From assembly GCA_051532055.1 (NCBI GenBank), contig JAOPTX010000034.1, positions 27,366 to 91,365 of the forward strand: 64,000 bases of DNA, read 5' to 3'. This DNA comes from Fibrobacterales bacterium. Its GTDB lineage: Bacteria > Fibrobacterota > Fibrobacteria > Fibrobacterales > JAOPTW01. The position numbers and the translations under genes are program-made. Positions 29,015-38,695 of the stretch are shown piece by piece (within the stretch, counting starts at the first letter, position 1; every line of letters starts with the position of its first letter). Under the pieces are notes generated by a model, which saw nothing but the letters and a program-made list of their open reading frames with translations, was not told where the DNA came from and ran no database searches.

Positions 29015-30709
29015 ATGTACTACCTTTTTATATTTGCCTGGATAGCCCTATTAACTCAATGTACTACTATTGAGTCATACTTCTCAAGAAGCGAACCCTG
29101 TCTCGAAACTCAAATTACCCCGACCCAATCAAAGGGAGATGGGGATATTGAGTTTAGTCATACACGAGGTTTGTATCATAGTTCATTTGATCTCTCTTTG
29201 AATAGTACTATTGAAGGCACTCTTTACTATACTCTCAATGGCGCCCTTCCGACACCTGAAAATGCAAACGTTTACACGCGCCCGATTCGAATACGAAACT
29301 CATCAAATATCCGTGCCGCAATTTACCATGATTGCGATAGGCTCTCAGACATTGTCACTCACTCTTTTATCTTCCCAAGACACGTGCTTGAACAAGATGA
29401 CGACGATGCCCCTCCCCATGCACAATGGGGCAGAAAGGGCCCCGATTGGAGCATGGATAGCCGAGTGATCGACTCAGATAAACTTCCTTCAAATAAAACT
29501 GACATCCTTCTTGTTAATCCAACAGTTTCCGTCACCATGAGCTGGGACTCCCTCTTTGGTGATAACGGAATCTATATATCAGGTGAAGGCGTAGAGCAAG
29601 AAGCTTCTATAGAATTTTTGTACCCCGATAAGCCATCTCACAGAACCCGGGCATCAATAGAGGTCTTTGGTGGATCAAGCACGAGGCGTTGGAAAGTTGA
29701 TAAGCTCTCCTTTAAGCTCACTTTCCGAAAAAAGACGGGTTACAAAAAATTTAAACATCAACTCTTTGACGATACACCGATTAAAAAATTCAATCATATA
29801 ATTTTAGATGCTGCACACAATAACACCTTTTTCTCAGTCAGTGAAAAACAACGGAGTAAAGCGAGTTATGCAAAAGACCAATTTGCGGCCGATCTTCACA
29901 ATGCAATAGGTGGATACGCTCCGCATGGCTATTACGCCCACCTCTATCTCAATGGCCTTTATTGGGGGCTTTACTATATTCATGAACGACCTGACCACCA
30001 TTTTGCCCAATCCTATTTAGGTAAGAAAAGCAAAAACTATAATGTTCTCAAGCATAAACGAAATCAACTTGTGCATGGTGATTCTGTCAGTTATATAGAA
30101 CTCTGGAGAAGGGCTCAAAAAGACTTGAGTATTGACTCTCACTACGAGAGTGTCAGTGAATTGTTAGATATACCTCAGTATATCAAATATATCCTTGTAC
30201 ATTTATACCTTGGCAACACAGACTGGGGAAACAATAACTGGTATGCAACCCAACATAGAAAAGGGAAATGGATATTTCACACATGGGATGCGGAACACAT
30301 AATGGAAAGCTATCTTTCCAATAGATTTAAAAAACTTAACAATTCTGAAATAGGTTTTCACAAGCACCTCATGGCAAATAAAAGCTATCGAGTACTTTTC
30401 CAAGAAGTGGTAACAAAAGAATTTTATAACGATGGTCTATTTACTGTTGACCGCGCTAAAGCGATGTATGAGACTCGACTCAACGAAGTAGAGAGTTCTA
30501 TAATCGCAGAATCAGCACGATGGGGGGACAATAAAACACCAAAGCAACCTCAAACGAAATGGGACACTTGGGCTAAGAACCGCAGTTATGTCTTAAACCG
30601 TTGGTTCCCTAATAGAACAAAACAGGTCATTAAACAAATTAACACTCACTTTAATGAATGGCCTCAATACCTGTTGGAGCAAGATTCTACAGCAAGTGAT
30701 TCCCTCTAA
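29015..30709 (+). CDS. Secreted CotH-family protein kinase-like protein with an N-terminal chitobiase/Fn3-associated-type domain
   Basis: 564 aa with a signal peptide. TLYYTLNGALPTPENANVYTRPIRI is typical of the CHB_HEX_C-like domain. The CotH core is HLYLNGLYWGLYYIHERPDHHF and NNWYATQHRKGKWIFHTWDAEH. Confidence 0.75.
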   Translation: MYYLFIFAWIALLTQCTTIESYFSRSEPCLETQITPTQSKGDGDIEFSHTRGLYHSSFDLSLNSTIEGTLYYTLNGALPTPENANVYTRPIRIRNSSNIRAAIYHDCDRLSDIVTHSFIFPRHVLEQDDDDAPPHAQWGRKGPDWSMDSRVIDSDKLPSNKTDILLVNPTVSVTMSWDSLFGDNGIYISGEGVEQEASIEFLYPDKPSHRTRASIEVFGGSSTRRWKVDKLSFKLTFRKKTGYKKFKHQLFDDTPIKKFNHIILDAAHNNTFFSVSEKQRSKASYAKDQFAADLHNAIGGYAPHGYYAHLYLNGLYWGLYYIHERPDHHFAQSYLGKKSKNYNVLKHKRNQLVHGDSVSYIELWRRAQKDLSIDSHYESVSELLDIPQYIKYILVHLYLGNTDWGNNNWYATQHRKGKWIFHTWDAEHIMESYLSNRFKKLNNSEIGFHKHLMANKSYRVLFQEVVTKEFYNDGLFTVDRAKAMYETRLNEVESSIIAESARWGDNKTPKQPQTKWDTWAKNRSYVLNRWFPNRTKQVIKQINTHFNEWPQYLLEQDSTASDSL

Positions 30710-30797
30710 GCAAGTCCTTTGAAGCTCTCTCTCTACCCCACCGTCGCAAGTCAATTTACTACATTTTTCAATACATTAATTATCATTCTATAAACCT

Positions 30798-33092
30798 ATG
30801 AAAACTATTATTTCTTTTTTCAAACAAGACCACAATCGATTTATTGCACTCCTTATCATTTTCGGTGCATTTATTAGGCTCATTCAACTGGGAAACCACC
30901 CCGCCGGCCTCAACCAAGAAGAGGCTGCTCTTGGATATGACATTTGGGCTCTAATCCACTATGGAATTGATAGGAATAACATCCCATGGCCTATTCATTT
31001 TATTAGCTGGGGAAGTGGACAAAATGCTCTTTTAGGATACATCGCCCTCCCCTTTATTTGGCTCTTTGACCTGAGCACCTTTTCACTGAGGCTACCAAAT
31101 GCCTTAATAGGAATCGCCTCTTTTATCGCCGCCTATGGTATTGGCTGTAGGCTTCTCGACAAACGATTTGGAACACTCCTTCTTCTCCTAACGATAATCT
31201 CACCCTGGCATCTCATGATAAGTAGGTGGTCTCTTGAAGCCAATATCTATCCCTCAATAGTACTTGTTGCATTCTACTTTTTACTGCGCGCATCAGAGCA
31301 CAAAAAATTCCTTTTCTTTTTTACAGCACTATTAGCTCTCTCTCTGTATGCATACGAAACCTCATATGCTTTTACTCCGCTCTTTTTGTTAGGGTTTGTA
31401 GTGTTTGCATTCCGAACAAAACAATTTTCTTTAAAGCCAGTGACAATCAGTGTTCTTATATTTTTGATCATTGCCACACCAATCATTATTTTTATTCTCA
31501 TCAACGCCTTTAGTCTCCCAGAGATTATTACTCCTTACTTCTCAATTCCTCGCTACACAGGTAACCCTCAACTCCTAAGTATCACTGCTCTTCCGGCTAG
31601 TACTATTCTAAACACTCTACTCAAAAACATTGCAGACCTTATCCTTCTCATTTTTGGAAGCCAAAAAGATATTTTGAGACTGACCACTCTTGATTATGCA
31701 GGTATCATCTTCCCAGTAACAATCCCCTTTACACTTATCGGCATCTACACCGCTTGTAAAAACTGGATTATACAGCGTAATAACATTGGATGGAGCATGC
31801 TTCTCTGTTGGGTCGTTGCCGGTTTTCTTACATCACTTATTACAACCCCCAATATGACCCGCATTAACATTCTCGCGTACCCAATCATTATTTTTACTGC
31901 CTACGGTCTCTACCTTACCTCTACTCAATGGTCCACTTTTTATAGACTCGCACTCTCTATGATTTTGATCTTTTTCTCAATTTTTATCATCTATTATTTT
32001 ACTGGCTACCATACAGAGACCCAAGAAGAATTTCACTATGGACTTGGAAATGCAATAATTGAGGCACAGGAGAAGTGTAACCCCAATGACACTATTTTGG
32101 TCCTTACAAGAGATTCAGCTGCGTATATACAAGCCCTCTTTTTTACTGAAGCCGACCCAAATCAATACCACACTACACGAATATTTGAAAAAATAAAAGT
32201 ACCTTTCCAAGTTGTACGCTCATACAGTAATTACAAATTCAGCACAAACCAATCAGACTTTGTATTACCAAATATTTCAGTGGTAGAATCCTATAGGTTA
32301 GCCGACATCGACACTACGCACTACTATGTGAAACTATTGCATAACTACACCTTACTCCTCAAAAAATCTGAATACCCCCCTTTCAAACTACAGAAATCTG
32401 AAACACCCTATTTCCATATTTATCCTACTTCTATATCCTATCAAAATATGCTCACCATCCACACTAATCAAAATATAGGGCAAATTAAAGTCACTCTCTT
32501 TTCACCCTATATTAAAAAAAGGAGAAGAATCACTCTCTCTCCTTTTCAAACAGGAGTCTATCAGTTACCAATAGACTCTCTCTATCCAGGGTATAATAGA
32601 CTTAATTTTTTCACCTTTGATAGTACTGCGAAGAAACGAATTCGTCACACTAAAGAACTCTTTAATAAAAATCATGGTACAACCTTACCACTATCCTTTT
32701 CCTCACTTAACGGAACTCAAGACTGGCGAATACTCGTAGATAACTTGGCTGTAAATAGGTCGGCTATAACGGTTAATAACAAGATATACTCATTTGGCAT
32801 GGGAACCCATGGTACCAGTCGCTATGCATTTACCCCTCCCAATAATGCCGACTCCCTCTTTGTAGCATTTGGAATGTCAGATGAAAAAACTTGTGGTGAC
32901 GGTGTTTCAGTTTCTATAGTAGGGGGAACAACTACTCTCTATCATCATAGCTCTGTGAGAAGGGGAAAGCTTTACACTACTAAAGTAGCTGTCCCCAAAG
33001 TCGACTCTCTCTTTCTTATATCAAAAAATAAAATAAATTCTCGTTGCGACCATCTCAACTGGATCTACCCCTATTTTTCTATACAGCAATAG
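30798..33092 (+). CDS. GT-C fold (GT39/GT83, ArnT/PMT-like) polytopic glycosyltransferase with C-terminal Ig-like and NPCBM-like domains
   Basis: 764 aa. The N-terminal 430 aa or so hold at least 11 TM helices and the PMT_2-type loop HPAGLNQEEAALGYD. The C-terminal 133 aa are NPCBM-like. Confidence 0.7.
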   Translation: MKTIISFFKQDHNRFIALLIIFGAFIRLIQLGNHPAGLNQEEAALGYDIWALIHYGIDRNNIPWPIHFISWGSGQNALLGYIALPFIWLFDLSTFSLRLPNALIGIASFIAAYGIGCRLLDKRFGTLLLLLTIISPWHLMISRWSLEANIYPSIVLVAFYFLLRASEHKKFLFFFTALLALSLYAYETSYAFTPLFLLGFVVFAFRTKQFSLKPVTISVLIFLIIATPIIIFILINAFSLPEIITPYFSIPRYTGNPQLLSITALPASTILNTLLKNIADLILLIFGSQKDILRLTTLDYAGIIFPVTIPFTLIGIYTACKNWIIQRNNIGWSMLLCWVVAGFLTSLITTPNMTRINILAYPIIIFTAYGLYLTSTQWSTFYRLALSMILIFFSIFIIYYFTGYHTETQEEFHYGLGNAIIEAQEKCNPNDTILVLTRDSAAYIQALFFTEADPNQYHTTRIFEKIKVPFQVVRSYSNYKFSTNQSDFVLPNISVVESYRLADIDTTHYYVKLLHNYTLLLKKSEYPPFKLQKSETPYFHIYPTSISYQNMLTIHTNQNIGQIKVTLFSPYIKKRRRITLSPFQTGVYQLPIDSLYPGYNRLNFFTFDSTAKKRIRHTKELFNKNHGTTLPLSFSSLNGTQDWRILVDNLAVNRSAITVNNKIYSFGMGTHGTSRYAFTPPNNADSLFVAFGMSDEKTCGDGVSVSIVGGTTTLYHHSSVRRGKLYTTKVAVPKVDSLFLISKNKINSRCDHLNWIYPYFSIQQ
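32691..33089 (+). other. NPCBM-like carbohydrate-binding domain (coding segment)
   Basis: IYSFGMGTHGTSRYAF...FVAFGMSDEKTCGDGVSVSIVGG...RCDHLNWIYPYF follows the NPCBM pattern G-x-G-x-H ... G-x-D-D ... DG ... DH-x-x-W. Confidence 0.6.
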
Positions 33093-33113
33093 CACAATGT
33101 AAAAACCTGGGCT

Positions 33114-35417
33114 TTACTGAACAAATCCCCAGGTGACAAAAAAGAGCAGTGAGCAAAAAGCAAAGAGAACAGGCACCCCTAAGAGTACTTTTTTAACACT
33201 GGTCTGTGTCTGTAGCTGAACCATCCTTCCATACAATAATACTGCACCAATAAGTACAGGATAGATATAACGAAAGTCGGTATTGCATGATACTGGTGCT
33301 TTAATACGATATGCAAGAAGTGCACCCAGAGATGACAATACGAGAAGAAGCGCGGGTGCCTCTTTATAAATACGTGCAATGCTCAGTTTTCTAATACCCC
33401 AAAAAGGCATAAGGAGCATAATAAGAAGGAGTACCCCTAATACCCCACCCACTACCATATGAAAAGGACTTCTAAATTGGTACTCTGAAAACAGCGATGA
33501 TTTCAAAAAGAAGTTCCAAAAATACTGCCGCCCCCCCCAGTCAAACCATGTTGAAGTATACGGTTGGGATACAAACGTAGGAATATCAAGATAGATGTAA
33601 TTTACTATGCCATTATCAACTTTCAATTTTTTATTGATTGAATTTCCAACATTCAGCAATAACCAATCGCTCTTCTCTTCTTGTGCAAAATAGATATTAT
33701 CACCAATATTGACACCAGCCGCTATAATTACAACTACCAAACTTAAGAGTGCAGGTTTAATAAACTGTTTGCGATTTTTCCGAATAAGTTGAATGAGAAG
33801 GAGTCCTGCAAAAACACCACCAAGAATCACCCCACTTGATTTTGAAACCATACTCAAAAAGAGACAAACAAGCGCCCAATTGAAATAGATCTTTTTGTGA
33901 GACCTCCACCATCGTACAATCAAATAAAAACCTAATACGGTAAAAAGGTACATTGGCATGTCATTACCAATTCTAATGGAATGAATAATTCCCGAAGGCC
34001 ATAAAAGTATAACACACAGGAGTACTTTCCGAAGAAGTGGTGATTTTATAAGTTCTCTTACAGTAAGATACGATACCAATTGAAAAAGAACAAACATGAG
34101 AAGAGATATAAGTCGCATCGGTACATGCCAATCAACAGTAAAAAGGTGTGTACTGACAAAAGCAACTACTGCCCCAATCAAATAATAAAGAGGTGGCTGA
34201 TGATATTCCCAACCCTTAGCAGGATGTGGAAAAGCAAGGTTATCAATGAGATAAAAAATATAATCCCTGTGTCCCCCCCCTTCATATACATCAAATATAC
34301 GAACTATAAGTGGTGTGTATATCAAATACCACACAAGTACCGCTATCCCAATTCCAAAAAGGATCATCTCGCTTTTAGAGAATGCAAAATAACTAAGTGC
34401 TGCGTATATGAAAAGCCAGATCCCTATACTATATAGAGTAAATGCTGCTATACGTTCTATCACACTGTAATTAGGGTACACCGTAACACCACCTTGGCCA
34501 CCCTTATTTGTAATGACAATTTCAATACTGTTCACTTCAGAAGTAAGGTAAGGACCAAAGTCATATAAAAATCCATTATGCCAATCGTTAAGTTGCGCTT
34601 TATTGAGGTGAGTCAGGTCAACACTCTCTCCATTAACGCGCATCCCTACAAGCTTGTCATCAGGGATAATTTTAAAGAGATCACTACTCAGCAAACTGGG
34701 ACTATAATCAAAGGTTAGAACATACGTTCCTTTAACACTATGCTTTTGTACTGGCCACTGTTCTTCGACTTGTTTTCCATTGTAATTACTAAAAATATTG
34801 GTGATTTGGTTTCCTGATAATAGGCAGGTTATACCCAATAATATCAATCCGGCAGCCATAGTAAACGATTTTTTTCGTCCAATAGATCGCCATACTGGAG
34901 CCAATATTACTGCACCTGCAAAGAAGAAGCAAAGTACCGCCATAAAAACAAGCAATGCTGATGTTCGATATTGATGTGTAGGAGGATTGTACCTAATATC
35001 CAAACCTCCTCTCCCCCCACTATTTACAACAACTATCTCAACAGCATTTGAACCGATTTCTAAATGATCAATGAGTGAAATTCGAGCGCCATTTTTATAG
35101 TCTCGCAACTTCGATTTTTGAATAGTATCAAGCCTTACATCTGCCCCATTCACTTTCATTGAATACAAAAAATCATCGGGTATTACTGTCAGCCAATTAG
35201 AACCCTCTCGATCTCTTACATAATTAAAAGAATAAGCCATTGTATCTGCGAGTGTATCATGAGTATAATGCGGAAGCTCCACAACACTCGTAATGTCACC
35301 GTAAGTTACGGTCTGTGAATTAATTACTGGCTCTCTTAGAACAATACTGCTTATAAATAAAATGAGCGCTGAAATTAGTGCCAACGCCACAACAGCTATG
35401 CGTTGATTATTAGTCAT
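33114..35417 (-). CDS. GT-C fold (PMT_2-like) polytopic glycosyltransferase with two N-terminal copies of an unrecognised extracytoplasmic module
   Basis: 767 aa with an AGGA RBS, 8 nt after the stop of the upstream LtaS-like gene. The EYHQPPLYYLIGAVV region is typical of the PMT_2 family. The order is TM, module A, two TM helices, module B, then a multi-TM core. Confidence 0.65.
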   Translation of the reverse strand: MTNNQRIAVVALALISALILFISSIVLREPVINSQTVTYGDITSVVELPHYTHDTLADTMAYSFNYVRDREGSNWLTVIPDDFLYSMKVNGADVRLDTIQKSKLRDYKNGARISLIDHLEIGSNAVEIVVVNSGGRGGLDIRYNPPTHQYRTSALLVFMAVLCFFFAGAVILAPVWRSIGRKKSFTMAAGLILLGITCLLSGNQITNIFSNYNGKQVEEQWPVQKHSVKGTYVLTFDYSPSLLSSDLFKIIPDDKLVGMRVNGESVDLTHLNKAQLNDWHNGFLYDFGPYLTSEVNSIEIVITNKGGQGGVTVYPNYSVIERIAAFTLYSIGIWLFIYAALSYFAFSKSEMILFGIGIAVLVWYLIYTPLIVRIFDVYEGGGHRDYIFYLIDNLAFPHPAKGWEYHQPPLYYLIGAVVAFVSTHLFTVDWHVPMRLISLLMFVLFQLVSYLTVRELIKSPLLRKVLLCVILLWPSGIIHSIRIGNDMPMYLFTVLGFYLIVRWWRSHKKIYFNWALVCLFLSMVSKSSGVILGGVFAGLLLIQLIRKNRKQFIKPALLSLVVVIIAAGVNIGDNIYFAQEEKSDWLLLNVGNSINKKLKVDNGIVNYIYLDIPTFVSQPYTSTWFDWGGRQYFWNFFLKSSLFSEYQFRSPFHMVVGGVLGVLLLIMLLMPFWGIRKLSIARIYKEAPALLLVLSSLGALLAYRIKAPVSCNTDFRYIYPVLIGAVLLYGRMVQLQTQTSVKKVLLGVPVLFAFCSLLFFVTWGFVQ
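34467..35195 (-). repeat. Intragenic duplication of a module of about 70 aa (copies at 34983..35195 and 34467..34679)
   Basis: WLTVIPDDFLYSMKVNGADVRL..LRDYKNG..VEIVVVNSGGRGGLDIRYNP aligns with LFKIIPDDKLVGMRVNGESVDL..LNDWHNG..IEIVITNKGGQGGVTVYPNY. Confidence 0.8.
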
Positions 35418-35425
35418 AGGTATTC

Positions 35426-38400
35426 CTATTTAATTAAAAGTGGGTTCATCCAATTAGCATGATCACAATAGCTAGAACCCTCGCTATTAGATTTCAGGGC
35501 AAGTTTTTTAACCCCAGAAATATCTGTTTTAATAGTAATTGTTTTGCCTTGTTTAACAATGGACGACTTACTGAGCGACTTACCATCACCCAGCACTTCG
35601 AATGAGATGCCATCAGAACAGCTTACTTCATCATCAATTCCAACAACGGCTTCAAATGTACTATATGAACTCTTTAACTGATATCTCAGTTCACTAGGAG
35701 CATGAGTTCCGAGGCCTTCAGTATATTTTTTATCGCCAACAGTCAGTGGATGGTTATCAACACTCTTATTTATTTTGAGAGATTTATACGTTTGAGTACT
35801 GCTACCTTTCAATGTCGTCAAACGCTTCACTCCATCTCCTTTACGAAAAATGGTATGCGTTTGAGTATCTATCAATATTTTTTGGTAGTATAGCGAAACG
35901 GAAATTTCGTTGTAGCCGACCTTTACTAATTCCCCTACAGAAGTTTTGACTTCATCTTTTTTGACTGTTATCTCTTTTTGCTTGCCGGTAAGAACATTTA
36001 AAATCGAGACACTAAATGAAACATCACTTTTTGACTTAACTTTTAAGGTAATGCTATCACTCAAAATATTGCCTTTGGTGCTGTTAAAAGTACTGCTATA
36101 TATTGATTGTTCTTCTTTTGATACAGCAGTGTAGAGTACAGGATTGAGCCAATCAGTATGATCACATGAGCCCCCATTACCCACATGAGTTCTCAACTCA
36201 AGTTTTTTCACTGAGGTGACCGGTACAGAAACATGTTTTACCGTATTTTGTTTCATTTTTTTTGATTTAAAGAGCCGTTTCCCATCGCCTAAAATTTCAA
36301 ACAGTGCACCATCACCACATTTTGCACCATCATCCATACCATACCATGTATGAAATACTCCATAATCCTTATCAAGAATAATAGTATTGGTACTTGTTGC
36401 ATGGGTTCCCACTCCCATATCATATAAACGGGCATCAATCTTTAAGTCAATCTCGCGTATAGATTTATTGATTTGGTATTTCTTATACCCTGCTTTACCA
36501 GTAATATTTAAATCAGTTATGAGCGTGGTATTCGGTGATTCAACATAAACACTCTTCCACTTTGTGAAAAGATACTCATCACCAAAATAAACCTTAAATT
36601 CCAAATCATTTATCCCTGGTTTAAAAAATTCTGCGGCTATCGATAAGTTTGAACGGGGACTTAAGTGTAAACTATCAATCTGCTCCATTGTGCTATATGG
36701 GTGTACAGTATGATTCATAACTGTAAACCTGTGTTTTGGCCCATAGTTACCTTCGACTCTGTACTCCAGGTCCTCTCCTTGTTCTAACTTAAAAGTATCA
36801 ATCTGTATACGAAAGTTATTTTTACCTAAGTCACTCGTATATATTCTATTCTCTTTTAATAAAACTTCATTATACCTCACTACATCCAGATCTTCCCTCA
36901 TTTGATTTATAAGCTTAATATCTTCAAAGTCGTCAAAGATATTTATTTTCTCTCCAGGGTCGTCTGCAATATTATAAAGTTCATCCTTATTACTCTTTAG
37001 ATTGTGAATCAATTTAAAAGGGTAACGTATTGATGCGAGAAATGTTCCATCAAATGGTTGCACGAGTGGTACAAAGGCTCCGTGCTCTGGACGTTTAAAA
37101 ACCGATGATCCAACAAAATGATTTGTAGTACGGATATCCAAGAGGTCCAATATCGTCGGTGCAATATCTAATTGAGAATATGCAGTCTTATTTAAGACCG
37201 CGGGCGCCACCTTATCTTTCCACAATACAATAAGTGGCATTTTAAACATTTCATTATAAGCAGTTTTAGTATTGTGATAATTATTCTTATGTTGCCCCAT
37301 AGGGAAGCCATTATCACCTGTTACAATAACAATGCTATTATCAAATTCAGGGCGTCTCTCCAACTGTTTAAAGAACTCACGAAGATATTTATCAGTCAGG
37401 TGCATTGAGTTAGTATAATTTTCATGATTACTTTTTGCTTTCGGGTAGATATACTTTTGTTCTTTCGGTATAGAACGAAACATCATATGATTAGTAACAC
37501 TCATGGTCATAACAAATAAAGGTTTATTTTCTTCTTGCTTTAATGAATCCAAAATATCAAAGGTCTTTTTATAGAATAGGTCATCTTGAATCCCCCAACC
37601 AATGGTATACTTTTTCTTTTCCTCTTTTGTAACATACCTTCTGTCCATTCCAGTTGCATGTTCAAAACCATTATTAAGAACGAAAGTTCCTGTATTTTCG
37701 AACCCTAAATTTGAATAAGCTTTTAAGAAAACATTGGTGTACCCATTATCTTTCATTATGTGAGACAAACAACGATAATTATTTTGGTAAAAACTTGTGA
37801 ACACGTTTGTTCTATAACTCGGATACACAGAGCAAAGGGTGGCAAACTGCCCTTTACTCGTTTCAACTGAGGTACTGTAAAATTCAGGTATATAGAGTCC
37901 GTGATTTTTTAGTGAATCAACAAATGGAGTAACCGCTTTACCATTTTCAATCCGGTCAGTATAAAACCCGCTAAATGATTCGAGCATCACAACAAATACA
38001 TGAGGTTTATTTACAGAATCCTTAATAGTAATTTCAGACTCAGCATCAACAACATCCATATAAGGATATATCCCTTTAGATCGCAACTTCTCGAATGAAT
38101 CAATTTTTTTAGGATTCATATAATGGTAAACAGAGGTTATAAATTCTACATGATCAGCCGTAAAGCCCTTTGATGTTATAACTATCAATACATTTACTAT
38201 ACATAACATCGAAAGAATCAGGAGCGGTCTTTTGAAGCGTTTATGATTAGTAAAAATGAAAAATTTTCGTTGTAATAGGACTATGACTCCTATTAAGGCA
38301 ACCAAAATTACCCAACCAACCCACGATATATTTTCGAGTATAAAAAGTATTGACTCTACATAAAAGATATCATGCCCATTCTTTATAATAGTAAGGTATG

Positions 38401-38695
38401 AGAGAGGTTCAAATCGTATAATATGGTATGCCTGTAACCCAATATAGATTATCAACACCAATAGATTTATTATGAGGCGCACACTTCTTTTAAAATAAGC
38501 AAGCAAGCCACCCAACATCACGAAAAAAAGTATTAGAGCAAAAAATGAATGAGTAATATTGATAACAAAAAGGAACGTGTCCCAATTATCTATTGTTGAT
38601 ATTCTTGTACATATGATTGTTTGAAGAACCAAAACGAGTAACAAACTACTCTGATACTTTATCAAACTTTTAATAGTACTCATTATCAATTTCAT
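35426..38695 (-). CDS. LtaS/OpgB-like membrane phospho(glycerol)transferase (5-6 TM + sulfatase fold) fused to two Ig-like + NPCBM-like cassettes
   Basis: About 1089 aa from ATG 38695 (AGGA RBS); the track start is TTG 38713. Sulfatase-fold motifs are VFVVMLESFSGFY, SVETSKGQFATL and IVIVTGDNGFPMGQH. Two NPCBM-like domains lie in the C-terminal part. Confidence 0.7.
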   Translation of the reverse strand: MKLIMSTIKSLIKYQSSLLLVLVLQTIICTRISTIDNWDTFLFVINITHSFFALILFFVMLGGLLAYFKRSVRLIINLLVLIIYIGLQAYHIIRFEPLSYLTIIKNGHDIFYVESILFILENISWVGWVILVALIGVIVLLQRKFFIFTNHKRFKRPLLILSMLCIVNVLIVITSKGFTADHVEFITSVYHYMNPKKIDSFEKLRSKGIYPYMDVVDAESEITIKDSVNKPHVFVVMLESFSGFYTDRIENGKAVTPFVDSLKNHGLYIPEFYSTSVETSKGQFATLCSVYPSYRTNVFTSFYQNNYRCLSHIMKDNGYTNVFLKAYSNLGFENTGTFVLNNGFEHATGMDRRYVTKEEKKKYTIGWGIQDDLFYKKTFDILDSLKQEENKPLFVMTMSVTNHMMFRSIPKEQKYIYPKAKSNHENYTNSMHLTDKYLREFFKQLERRPEFDNSIVIVTGDNGFPMGQHKNNYHNTKTAYNEMFKMPLIVLWKDKVAPAVLNKTAYSQLDIAPTILDLLDIRTTNHFVGSSVFKRPEHGAFVPLVQPFDGTFLASIRYPFKLIHNLKSNKDELYNIADDPGEKINIFDDFEDIKLINQMREDLDVVRYNEVLLKENRIYTSDLGKNNFRIQIDTFKLEQGEDLEYRVEGNYGPKHRFTVMNHTVHPYSTMEQIDSLHLSPRSNLSIAAEFFKPGINDLEFKVYFGDEYLFTKWKSVYVESPNTTLITDLNITGKAGYKKYQINKSIREIDLKIDARLYDMGVGTHATSTNTIILDKDYGVFHTWYGMDDGAKCGDGALFEILGDGKRLFKSKKMKQNTVKHVSVPVTSVKKLELRTHVGNGGSCDHTDWLNPVLYTAVSKEEQSIYSSTFNSTKGNILSDSITLKVKSKSDVSFSVSILNVLTGKQKEITVKKDEVKTSVGELVKVGYNEISVSLYYQKILIDTQTHTIFRKGDGVKRLTTLKGSSTQTYKSLKINKSVDNHPLTVGDKKYTEGLGTHAPSELRYQLKSSYSTFEAVVGIDDEVSCSDGISFEVLGDGKSLSKSSIVKQGKTITIKTDISGVKKLALKSNSEGSSYCDHANWMNPLLIK
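35429..35824 (-). other. NPCBM-like domain, copy 2 of the LtaS-like protein
   Basis: KYTEGLGTHAPSELRYQL..FEAVVGIDDEVSCSDGISFEVLGDGKSL...KKLALKSNSEGSSYCDHANWMNPLL. Confidence 0.65.
36122..36520 (-). other. NPCBM-like domain, copy 1 of the LtaS-like protein
   Basis: LYDMGVGTHATSTNTIIL..FHTWYGMDDGAKCGDGALFEILGDGKRL...KKLELRTHVGNGGSCDHTDWLNPVL. Confidence 0.65.
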
